From contig JBAMMA010000010.1 of the NCBI GenBank assembly GCA_039794005.1, positions 2,825-35,427 on the forward strand: 32,603 nt of DNA, given 5' to 3'. Under the pieces are notes generated by a model, which was not told the DNA's origin, ran no database searches, and saw nothing but the letters and a program-made list of their open reading frames with translations. Source of the DNA: Thermoplasmata archaeon (GTDB taxonomy: Archaea > Thermoplasmatota > Thermoplasmata > Thermoplasmatales > ARK-15). Positions within the stretch are counted from its first letter, which is position 1. Every line of letters begins with the position of its first letter. Below, one piece after another: positions 1-9,153 of the stretch. Both the position numbers and the translations under genes were made by a program.

Positions 1-142
1 TCAACCATTTATTATATTATATATAATAATACCAATAGTTATACTTGGTATTTTGATCTTTTTCATTTATCAAAGAAAAAATAGAAAAACAGAAGAAATC
101 GAAGAAGAAGTTGAAATATTTAGACAAGATTATTTACTATGA
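1..142 (+). CDS. 3' end of a membrane-anchored protein (partial, begins before the window)
   Basis: Frame starting at base 2 reads QPFIILYIIIPIVILGILIFFIYQRKNRKTEEIEEEVEIFRQDYLL* (TGA 140-142). This is a hydrophobic helix followed by a basic RKNRK stop-transfer and a short tail. Not in the ORF track. Confidence 0.7.
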   Translation, partial: QPFIILYIIIPIVILGILIFFIYQRKNRKTEEIEEEVEIFRQDYLL

Positions 143-148
143 TCAAAT

Positions 149-694
149 ATGTGCGAAGTATGTTTATTAATGAGGCATGGTGAATCATTTGCAAATCTTA
201 ATAAAATTGTTTGGAGTATTAAATATGGATTCAATTTAACAGAAAATGGTAAAAAGATGGTTTATGAAAAAATAAAGGAAATTAAAAAAATAAAGATAGA
301 AAAAATTGTTACAAGCGAAATTCAAAGGGCTGTTGAAACTGCAAAAATTATATCTGAAAATTTAAAAATTTCATATTTTTTAGATGAGAGGCTAAATGAA
401 CTGGACTTTACAATATTTTCTGGACATGATGAATCATTAGTTCCAAAATTTACCTATGAATCAAGATTTGTGGAAAAATGGAATGATGTAATGAATAGAT
501 CCGTAGAATGCATAGAAGATTATGATGGTTCTGTATTATTTGTAACGCATGCCTTTATTATAAGAGCAATATTATCATATTTTTTAAATTTATCAGAAAA
601 TAATAGTTTTGGAATTAACGTAGGATATTCGACATTAACATTAATAAAGAATGGTAAAATATTGTCTATCGGTGCAGAACACGTTGATTTGTAA
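149..694 (+). CDS. Histidine phosphatase / phosphoglycerate mutase family protein
   Basis: LMRHGES motif, LTENG, SEIQRAVETA, LNELDF and VTHA (second His) match the histidine phosphatase superfamily. Substrate cannot be assigned. Confidence 0.88.
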   Translation: MCEVCLLMRHGESFANLNKIVWSIKYGFNLTENGKKMVYEKIKEIKKIKIEKIVTSEIQRAVETAKIISENLKISYFLDERLNELDFTIFSGHDESLVPKFTYESRFVEKWNDVMNRSVECIEDYDGSVLFVTHAFIIRAILSYFLNLSENNSFGINVGYSTLTLIKNGKILSIGAEHVDL

Positions 695-808
695 ATTTTC
701 CAATTTCATACGTTTGTATGACATTTTTTAATCAAATAGAAAATTTGTATTTTAAATAATTTTAAGATAATTCAGTATTTTAATATAAAAATTTTTTGGA
801 AAAAAATT

Positions 809-853
809 TCGAAAAGAATATATATAGTTTTTATAATATGGTAATTTGGAGGA
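809..853 (+). promoter_or_regulatory. Putative BRE/TATA promoter and Shine-Dalgarno for the 1348-aa surface protein
   Basis: Purine-rich CGAAAAG just upstream of TATATATA (819-826); GGAGGA at 848-853 ends 6 nt before ATG 860. Confidence 0.55.
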
Positions 854-859
854 TTTGTT

Positions 860-3800
860 ATGAAAAGCGCAATGATTAGAAAGGGGGTCTTAGCTCTCTT
901 TATAGCTATGCTTATGGTATTTTCAGCATTCTTCGTTACATCCCCAGCTTTAGCCACAAAACCGCAGACTATTGGTACAGTCACATTCAATCCATCTACG
1001 GGGGCATTTCCAGGACAGTTGGTCACATATACATGGTCAGATATTAACATCCCATTAGTACCACCTGTTTATGTTACTGTATATATTAATGGAGTTCCAT
1101 ATTATACTTCACTTGCATCATATTCATCCAACACAATAACCGGATCGTTCACAATGCCTAATGGCCAGCCAGGCACGACATATTCCATATTCCTTGAATA
1201 TAAAGATAGTGCCGGCAATTATGGTGTATCAAACACGGTGAATGGTAAAATGAATGTCAATCTTTATGCAGCTCCTACCTCAATTGGATCTACAGCGACA
1301 ACCACATACGAAGATAGCATATCAATGCCTGTAACCATAACTGGAACTGTAAATTATACAAAGCCAGAAGTTGTTTCTGCAATATTCACAGACGGTAGTA
1401 ATGTTTTGAATGGTTATATGAACTCAACGTTCAATGTGAGCAATTCAAAGACAACAATTTCATCCATAAACATGTCTAACGCAAATGTAAAAGTAGGTAA
1501 TATTTTTGGTGGACTGCAGGAATTCAGTCAAGTGTATAAATATCAAAATATTTCAATGAATGCAACAGCATATAATGGAGGAACTGTAAATCCAGCTTTG
1601 CCAGCTTCAAGTTCGTTCAAATCCACATTTACAGTTCAAGGAAATGATATAACATCAATATCGCTTATAGCATATATAAATCAAACTGTCAATGGTCAAG
1701 ATGTTTCATTCCTGTTGAATGGAAAATATACGAATAAAATTACATCTACTGGTAATTACACGATGATTGGAACAATATCTGCAGTTAAACCATCATCATT
1801 AAAATCTGCATTTTCAGGTTCAATGTCTGCTGCTTATAATATAGTTTCATACTATCAAGGTAGTAGTTATACATATGTTAATTACACACTATCTGTAACA
1901 TTAAATGGCAATACTGCAGACAATATTGTCATATTGAAGGCTCAATATATTAATACTAACACGATTAATAGTAAAGATACTACAACTTTGCCCACAACTA
2001 CTGTTACATCAACTGATGAGCTATCAGTTCAGTCCGGATATACATTCCAGAGTATATCTGTCGGTTTGAAGAATCCTGGAATTTCCGGTACATTTATACA
2101 GAATTATTCCAATGGTAAACTCCAAACAGGTAACCTGTCATTTTCATTTAAGAATTATACAAACGGTGCATTGTCTGGTACATTTACATGGAAGGATAAT
2201 ATGACTGGATTATCCGTTTCATTGTTTAATACAACCCTATCAGGATATTTGTATTTGAATATTACAACAAATAATTATTCCCCAGGAGTAGCGTATATAA
2301 GCCCAGCTGTTTGGAATTATACCAGTAAAACAACAGTCTATTTAATAAACAAGACTACTGGAATAAACATTTCAGGAATTAGTTCATTTACAACACAATT
2401 TACCACACAGGTATTGGTTAGTGGTCAAACGACACCGGTATATTTGAATAATACTGAGGTTACAATTAATACAACATTTTATGATAAAATCGGTTATCCA
2501 TACCTGATTCAGGTTGTTGTTCCATATACCCAAATTGAATTAACATATAATAATGAAATTGCCTTCATACAGCAGAATTTCAGTCTTGTAACATCACCAG
2601 TTAATTTAACAGTAGGTTCGCATAAATTCACAACATTATATTCAGAGATAAAGGGATTCAATATTACATTGACAAATAGCAATGGATATCTGTATATGAA
2701 TGTAACTTCAGAAAATTACACATTATATGGCTTTAAACAAAATGGAGATGTGAGTTATTATCTACAGATTAACGGAACTGTAACCTCCAATCATGTTGGA
2801 GAAGTTTACAAAGCAAATTACACCAATATGAGTTATAAACAAATATTGTTAAACCAGTACAATGGAATTTCTACCGATACATTATCAGCGAACTTGACGG
2901 TTATTTTCACAATCACAGAGATTTATGGAACAATAAGCAAGGGAATGGCATCAACTGGATCATTAACAGTAACCTACCCGTCCTATTATGGTTCAATTAC
3001 GGTAAATGGAAAAGGAACAAGTGGAATTTCATCTCTTGATTTTGCAGCAGGCAAGAGTCAAAGTCAGACTGGAGTAATAACATCAATCACCAACTTAACG
3101 AATACTACAGTTTTGGGATATTATAATACTACATTTACCGTAGTTAAAGTGGTACCTGGACTATTCGGATTATCAAGCATGAATGGTTACGCTTTAATAT
3201 TGGCGAATACCACTATAGTGAACTATTCACATTCAATGAAAATTGATCCCTGGTTCAAAGGAATGCAGTATGATAAAATAGTATTAACTATATATTCTAC
3301 AAAGGTCTATCAAAACACTACATTTAATGAAAAGTCAACATCTCAGTATTTGAATATTACTGGTATTGGATATGGAGGATATGTCAATAATGTAATGATA
3401 TCTGGAAGTGTAACAATTACAGATATGTATTATGCAATTTCAAACACTTATAATTACGTTGGATATGTTAATAAGATCCCATTCTTCAATACAAATACTA
3501 TTAATGTAACAACATACTTAAACTATTCATCAGGTTCAATACCAACTGATAATAATGTTTCAAGTTCAAATCTTACTGCAATAATTGCATCACCTATTGT
3601 GAATTTAACATTGATTCCTGAGTATAATATGTATCTACAGGTTAATATTACAAAACTGACAAGCAGCATGTATGGAACAAACTTTGAAATCTATAACGGA
3701 TTACTAATTGGTGCTACCAAAGGTATATTCAATTATGCAAATCTAACAGAGATATCTTTGAACCTAGATACATCAGGTAATGTATTTATCACAGCAACTG

Positions 3801-4906
3801 TAATGGAGTCTCAGTTGATGATATCGGCAAAATATGGTAATATCACATTCACAACAAATGGTGTAAATGTAATGAATGCAGGTCCTATATTGGTATCAGG
3901 TTTGACAACGGTTATAAATGGATTCGGCAGTGGTACAGTTTCAGGTGAAATTGAAATTTCAAACTTCATGCCAGTAAACATACATGGTACAAGTTCATTC
4001 AATGTCTCTGGAGTATTATATGCCCAGGGATTCTATGCAAATGGAACAGCATTTGGATTAACCATAATATTAAATAACACACCGGTAGAACAAAATCCAG
4101 ATATGGCAACATTAACAAGTTCAACGGTTAATTTCATTTACAATGGAACATATGCAATGGATAACAGTGGAATTTCTCCAAGCTATTCTTATACATTGTT
4201 GCAGGGATCTGGAGCATTGGTAATTTCAATATCTAATAGTACAATAGCTGAAATTGCTACAAAGACTGGCCAGATTGTAAATATTAGCTTAAAGCAATTG
4301 AATGCAAAGATAAGCAATGTATGGTCAGCCGAGAATACTACATATGCAACATTGACAACAGACTATGGAAATATGATTGCTGAGTTAAATTCATTGAATG
4401 CAACAATACAGAATGTTAACAGCAAAGGAATCGCAACAATAGAGACAAGTCTTGGTATGATTGAAACAAGCATAAACAACCTTAATGCAAAAATAGTTGC
4501 ATTAAATGGAACAATGGCAACAATATCAACATCGATTGGAACGATTCAGACAAGTATTAACAATATTGGTGTAACTGTAAATACAATCAATGGTAATGTC
4601 AACAATCTAATGGGAGCATCCGTAACAATAAAAACAATGCTTGGAAACATAACTGGACATGTAATTGCAATTGAGAATGGAACAATGAAAGTCGCAACAG
4701 ATATGGGCGAAGTAACATTGGCAATGCAGAATGTATCTTCAAATATGAAGCAGGTGGCAACTGGAGTTAACAATGTAATGATATGGAACATCATAGTAAT
4801 GATCTTGGTATTAATCACATTGGTCTTTGTACTCATAGTAATTCTACAGGTAAACAGAATTGCTAAGAAGACATCTCAGCATACAACTGAAGAAGGAAAC
4901 CAGTAA
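860..4906 (+). CDS. Large secreted, C-terminally anchored S-layer-like glycoprotein with coiled-coil stalk
   Basis: N-terminal signal peptide (MIRKGVLALFIAMLMVFSAFF...ALA). Thr/Asn/Ser/Tyr/Gly-rich, charge-poor beta-type body with many N-x-S/T sequons. Repeated stalk at ~4346-4770, TM helix at ~4775-4852, then basic RIAKK. Confidence 0.75.
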   Translation: MKSAMIRKGVLALFIAMLMVFSAFFVTSPALATKPQTIGTVTFNPSTGAFPGQLVTYTWSDINIPLVPPVYVTVYINGVPYYTSLASYSSNTITGSFTMPNGQPGTTYSIFLEYKDSAGNYGVSNTVNGKMNVNLYAAPTSIGSTATTTYEDSISMPVTITGTVNYTKPEVVSAIFTDGSNVLNGYMNSTFNVSNSKTTISSINMSNANVKVGNIFGGLQEFSQVYKYQNISMNATAYNGGTVNPALPASSSFKSTFTVQGNDITSISLIAYINQTVNGQDVSFLLNGKYTNKITSTGNYTMIGTISAVKPSSLKSAFSGSMSAAYNIVSYYQGSSYTYVNYTLSVTLNGNTADNIVILKAQYINTNTINSKDTTTLPTTTVTSTDELSVQSGYTFQSISVGLKNPGISGTFIQNYSNGKLQTGNLSFSFKNYTNGALSGTFTWKDNMTGLSVSLFNTTLSGYLYLNITTNNYSPGVAYISPAVWNYTSKTTVYLINKTTGINISGISSFTTQFTTQVLVSGQTTPVYLNNTEVTINTTFYDKIGYPYLIQVVVPYTQIELTYNNEIAFIQQNFSLVTSPVNLTVGSHKFTTLYSEIKGFNITLTNSNGYLYMNVTSENYTLYGFKQNGDVSYYLQINGTVTSNHVGEVYKANYTNMSYKQILLNQYNGISTDTLSANLTVIFTITEIYGTISKGMASTGSLTVTYPSYYGSITVNGKGTSGISSLDFAAGKSQSQTGVITSITNLTNTTVLGYYNTTFTVVKVVPGLFGLSSMNGYALILANTTIVNYSHSMKIDPWFKGMQYDKIVLTIYSTKVYQNTTFNEKSTSQYLNITGIGYGGYVNNVMISGSVTITDMYYAISNTYNYVGYVNKIPFFNTNTINVTTYLNYSSGSIPTDNNVSSSNLTAIIASPIVNLTLIPEYNMYLQVNITKLTSSMYGTNFEIYNGLLIGATKGIFNYANLTEISLNLDTSGNVFITATVMESQLMISAKYGNITFTTNGVNVMNAGPILVSGLTTVINGFGSGTVSGEIEISNFMPVNIHGTSSFNVSGVLYAQGFYANGTAFGLTIILNNTPVEQNPDMATLTSSTVNFIYNGTYAMDNSGISPSYSYTLLQGSGALVISISNSTIAEIATKTGQIVNISLKQLNAKISNVWSAENTTYATLTTDYGNMIAELNSLNATIQNVNSKGIATIETSLGMIETSINNLNAKIVALNGTMATISTSIGTIQTSINNIGVTVNTINGNVNNLMGASVTIKTMLGNITGHVIAIENGTMKVATDMGEVTLAMQNVSSNMKQVATGVNNVMIWNIIVMILVLITLVFVLIVILQVNRIAKKTSQHTTEEGNQ

Positions 4907-4960
4907 AAAATCATAAAATTTTTTAAATTTTTATTTTATTTAATTTTTAATAACTTTTTA
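4907..4960 (+). terminator. Oligo-T terminator region after the surface protein gene
   Basis: Several T5-T6 runs directly after the stop codon, typical of archaeal intrinsic termination. Confidence 0.4.
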
Positions 4961-5026
4961 TATAAATTAAACAGAGAAAAAATTTAAATTATGATTTTTC
5001 TTATCAAAATTATAGGAGGGTATAAA

Positions 5027-8000
5027 ATGGCGAAACCCAAAATGAAGAAATATTTAGTACTGTTTATAGTGTCTATCTTTATAATCTCTGCTTTTTCAGT
5101 ATTTACAGCAGCATCTCTGAGTAACAAATTTTACACAATTCAAAATATACCTGTAAAGGGCTATAAATACATGGGCGAATTAAATGCAAATAAATATGTC
5201 ATTGGAGAGATATATGTACCATTAAAGAATCTAGATTTATTGAATTTTTATGTTCAGCAGATATCAAATCCAAATTCTCCATATTATGAGCATTATTTGT
5301 CAAAAAGCAAGATAGAAACATTATTTGAAAATAAGGCACAGTTTGAATCCACTTTAAATTATCTGAGGAGCAATAACTTTAAAATACTCGATACAGCGAT
5401 GAACTCAATTATTGTTTTTGAGGGTACAGTTTCACAAATTAAAAATTATCTTGGTTTGAATGTAGGAATATACTCAAACGGAACTAACACATATTATTAT
5501 TCATATGGAACTCCAAAATTACCTAATGTTATGGTATCTGTATCTAATATATCATATCTTTTCTTTAATAAACCATCAACCTTCATATCACCAAAAGATA
5601 TAAAGGATATGAAAAATAGATTCATGCAGGTAAATCCTGTATTTTCAATTGTACCATATTACACGACATGGTTACAAACAGTCTATAACGCTTCAGGTCT
5701 ATATTCAAAGGGTTACATGGGACAAGGAGAGAGAATAGGTATATTGGATTTTGGTGGAGATCCATACGTTCAGGAGGCCTTATATCAATATGATATGATG
5801 TATAATTTACCTGATCCTCCAAACTTTACAGTATATCCAATCGGTCCATATGATCCAATGTTTGGCGTAATGACTGGATGGAGCGGAGAAATAGAGATGG
5901 ATGTTGAAGCTGCTCACACAATGGCTCCAATGGCAAACATCACATTATTCATTGCAAACATGTATTTGGATCTCGCTCCAGTTATCGCAGAAATTGATCA
6001 ATATGCCATGAATTATGGTTTGGATTCATTATCTCAAAGTTTTGGAATATCAGAATCATATTATTCAAACTTCCCAGGACCAGTTGTTGTTTTTAATCTA
6101 CAGTTGGCTGATATATATTATGAAATAGGTTCTTTATTGGGAATAACATTTTCCGCATCAAGTGGAGATACTGGCGGTGCAGGTGATGGTGCTGGTCCAC
6201 TTGGAGCTACGATTTATCCATCGGTTTCTCCATATGTAACTGCAGTTGGAGGAACAACTGTATTTGTTACTGTTAACTCCACTTTTGCAGTTACCGGGTT
6301 TGAGAATACAGCATGGTCAGGTTATGGATTTATACCTGATCATGTAAACTATGGCGGAGGAACCGGAGGAATATCTGTTTTAGAAACAAGGCCATGGTAT
6401 CAGAATAATATAAATATAAACGAAATAAGTCCAATACCCATAGGATTTACAAACGGTAGAATGGTTCCAGATATTTCTTTAGAAGCTAATTTATTCCCCG
6501 GAATGGTATTTGTATTTTGGTATAATGGCGATTTCATACCATTCATTTCAGGTGGTACTAGCGAGGGAAGTCCACTTTTTGCTGGTCTTATAACTTTAGC
6601 ATCACAGTACACAAAATCAATGCATCCCTATGGAGGAATGGGATTGGTAAATCCGCTTATCTATTCCTTTGGTTTAAATAGTACAATTTCAAAGAAAGTG
6701 TTTGAACCGATAAAATTTGGATATATAATTCCCTGGTTTGTTACAAATGGATATAATCTAGCCACAGGATTTGGTTCTATAAATATTGGAAGTTTTGCAT
6801 ATTATGCTTCTATGGTATATAAAGAAAAGCAGAATCCTCTTATTATTAATGCCACGATATTGAATCCAACCAACTCCTACGGAATGAACGAATTTGTGGG
6901 TGGAGATCATATAATTTTGTCAGCAAACATAACATTCAATAATATTACAGTTACAAATGGATCATTCTATGCTTATATTGAGGATATATACGGAATGTAC
7001 AATCCAGTAAAATTGGTATATAATTCAAGCAAACATTCATGGGAAGGCACAGTAATCGTTCCATACAATGCAAGTGGTAATGGATATTTAATAATTAACG
7101 GAACTTATATGAATTATTCAACATCAGAATTTATGCAGGAATTCTTTGGTTATATCGTCTATTTCTTAGGAGATGCGGATCAACCATATTTAATGTCATA
7201 TAGTTCCATACCTGCTTTGATATACTATCTAAATGGAACCTTGGCAGGAAATGGAAAGATATATTATTCAGTTTTAATGTATTCAATATTCAACAATTCA
7301 TACTTCTCAGTATATAATGGATATGCAAATATAATAAACGGAGTTGCATATTATGACATATATGATCCGACAATGCCATTGGGTGTTGGAATCATTGAGA
7401 CGCATGGCGGAATGGGTATGTTCCCATTCTTCAACGGTGATTATTTACAAGGTTCATTGATTTTATCACCTCTTGTCATTGAACCATCTAGCGTTACACC
7501 TGGTTCAGACATATTTGTGCAAGGTATAGTGATGCCACCTGCAGATTTAATGTATATTGACCCAGATGCATTTTTAGAGGCATATTATTATTCATCAATT
7601 GAATTTTCATTGGTATCTTTCAATGGAACTGTTTATAGCAGCATTGTACTTCCCGTTGGTGTATTAGGTCAGTTACCAGTTCCATCAAATATAAAGCCTG
7701 GTTATTATATAATAGAGATAAACAGCTATTACTATTCATTCACATTGAATAGTTGGATTAATGGAACGTTCTTTGGAGAGATATATGTAGCACCACAGAA
7801 CTTAGTACCACAAATAACAATTTCACCTTCAACAGTATATGAAGGCCAAAGCCCAATAATCACTGCAAACATATATGCAAATAATGTTCCAGTAGAATTT
7901 GGTATGTTTTCATTAACAATTTATCCAGAATCAATGAACTATACTTATTACACAGTAACATACGTTGAAAACATACCCATGTATTTTGACACTGATTTTA

Positions 8001-8839
8001 ATGTCTGGATAGCACCACCAATATATACAACAATGCCATCAGAATCATCATCTAACTTATTATCAAGCGTATTGAATGGACCATACTATTGGCCAGGAAA
8101 GTATCTGGTATTACCTTTGGGAATATCTGATAATGGAATTCCAACACCCCCAACACAAGAATACGCTGCATCATTGATATTGTTGCAGGGTCCAGAATTG
8201 TTAATCACCTCTCCTGCAAACTTAAATGTTCCTATATACAATTCATCCACCATTACAATATCTGGAATTACAACAGGTTCCTTAATACAGGTTGTTTGTC
8301 CAGGCGGCGTTATAAATGCGACACCTGCTGCAAATGGAACATTTTCAATATCTATATCTTTGAAAAATGGTGAAAATCTAATAGAAATAACTGCATATGA
8401 ATCGAATGGATATTCAAATACAAAATACATATCCGTCCTATACCTACCACAAATTAATCAAATAGAAATTCAGATGCAGAAGATAAATCAAAGTTTAAAT
8501 GAAATAAACAAAGAAATGTACATGGAAGGGGCAAACATAATGGCTTTGAAGCAGAATTTAACATATCTTGAGAATAATCTGACAGCATTAGCAACTTATG
8601 TTAGCATATTGAATCAGACGTATGCTGGAAAGTTGACGCAATTAGCACAAGGATTGCAAAATCTTGCAAACAAGCTAAATGTGACAAAGAATGCCCTTGA
8701 AAATGTTGCCTCACAGGCAAACAGTGGCATTAGTTCATCCATGACTGTAGGAATAGTGGCATTGATATTTGCATTGATTGCCATTGCACTATCTGCACTA
8801 GAGATATTAAGAAAGAAGGGAGGAAAACAGAATACTTAA
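5027..8839 (+). CDS. Membrane-anchored multidomain S53 (sedolisin/kumamolisin) serine-carboxyl protease
   Basis: Signal peptide, then pro-domain (ISNPNSPYYEHYLS). Catalytic E-x3-D in GEIEMDVE (5888-5902), oxyanion Asp in ASSGDTG (6167), nucleophile Ser in GGTSEGSP (6560), plus GRMVPDIS. C-terminal beta domains, coiled coil and TM helix + RKK. Start moved from 4991 to ATG 5027 because GGAGGG lies at 5015-5020. Confidence 0.93.
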   Translation: MAKPKMKKYLVLFIVSIFIISAFSVFTAASLSNKFYTIQNIPVKGYKYMGELNANKYVIGEIYVPLKNLDLLNFYVQQISNPNSPYYEHYLSKSKIETLFENKAQFESTLNYLRSNNFKILDTAMNSIIVFEGTVSQIKNYLGLNVGIYSNGTNTYYYSYGTPKLPNVMVSVSNISYLFFNKPSTFISPKDIKDMKNRFMQVNPVFSIVPYYTTWLQTVYNASGLYSKGYMGQGERIGILDFGGDPYVQEALYQYDMMYNLPDPPNFTVYPIGPYDPMFGVMTGWSGEIEMDVEAAHTMAPMANITLFIANMYLDLAPVIAEIDQYAMNYGLDSLSQSFGISESYYSNFPGPVVVFNLQLADIYYEIGSLLGITFSASSGDTGGAGDGAGPLGATIYPSVSPYVTAVGGTTVFVTVNSTFAVTGFENTAWSGYGFIPDHVNYGGGTGGISVLETRPWYQNNININEISPIPIGFTNGRMVPDISLEANLFPGMVFVFWYNGDFIPFISGGTSEGSPLFAGLITLASQYTKSMHPYGGMGLVNPLIYSFGLNSTISKKVFEPIKFGYIIPWFVTNGYNLATGFGSINIGSFAYYASMVYKEKQNPLIINATILNPTNSYGMNEFVGGDHIILSANITFNNITVTNGSFYAYIEDIYGMYNPVKLVYNSSKHSWEGTVIVPYNASGNGYLIINGTYMNYSTSEFMQEFFGYIVYFLGDADQPYLMSYSSIPALIYYLNGTLAGNGKIYYSVLMYSIFNNSYFSVYNGYANIINGVAYYDIYDPTMPLGVGIIETHGGMGMFPFFNGDYLQGSLILSPLVIEPSSVTPGSDIFVQGIVMPPADLMYIDPDAFLEAYYYSSIEFSLVSFNGTVYSSIVLPVGVLGQLPVPSNIKPGYYIIEINSYYYSFTLNSWINGTFFGEIYVAPQNLVPQITISPSTVYEGQSPIITANIYANNVPVEFGMFSLTIYPESMNYTYYTVTYVENIPMYFDTDFNVWIAPPIYTTMPSESSSNLLSSVLNGPYYWPGKYLVLPLGISDNGIPTPPTQEYAASLILLQGPELLITSPANLNVPIYNSSTITISGITTGSLIQVVCPGGVINATPAANGTFSISISLKNGENLIEITAYESNGYSNTKYISVLYLPQINQIEIQMQKINQSLNEINKEMYMEGANIMALKQNLTYLENNLTALATYVSILNQTYAGKLTQLAQGLQNLANKLNVTKNALENVASQANSGISSSMTVGIVALIFALIAIALSALEILRKKGGKQNT

Positions 8840-8923
8840 ATTTTTATAATTTATTTTTTATTATTTTTTAAATTGAATAGCATTATATAATAGAATTTTA
8901 TTTTTTTATTGAAGGTGATTTTA

Positions 8924-9100
8924 ATGGCCGACAAGAGAAAGGGAAAGAAAAAGGAGATAGAGGAAGAGATGGAGGAATACGAAGATTATGATGATTTAGA
9001 TCTGGATGATTTTCAAGATGAAGATTTAGATTTTGAAGAAGAGGAAGAAGAGGAAGAGGAGGAAGAGGACGAAGAAGAAGACGAAGATGATGAAGAATAA
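8924..9100 (+). CDS. 58-aa extremely acidic protein with N-terminal lysine tract
   Basis: MADKRKGKKK followed by a D/E-rich tail (39 of 58 residues are D/E). GGTGA Shine-Dalgarno at 8914-8918 and TTATATAA box at 8883-8890. Mixed GAA/GAG/GAT/GAC codons in a purine-rich stretch between very AT-rich flanks. Confidence 0.75.
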   Translation: MADKRKGKKKEIEEEMEEYEDYDDLDLDDFQDEDLDFEEEEEEEEEEEDEEEDEDDEE

Positions 9101-9153
9101 AATTTAAATTTTATATTAAAATATAAATATTTTTTAATATATTATATAAATGA

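Noticed and set aside
9035-9097. GAR-rich trinucleotide run as a microsatellite or contingency locus
   Set aside because: Codons are mixed GAA/GAG/GAC/GAT with no long pure run; better explained as coding for poly-acidic protein.
8924-9100. Acidic mini-protein as a Pup/UBact/SAMP-like proteasome tag, given psmA nearby
   Set aside because: It lacks the C-terminal GGE/GGQ, GE/GQ or GG motif, and no ligase gene is in the window.
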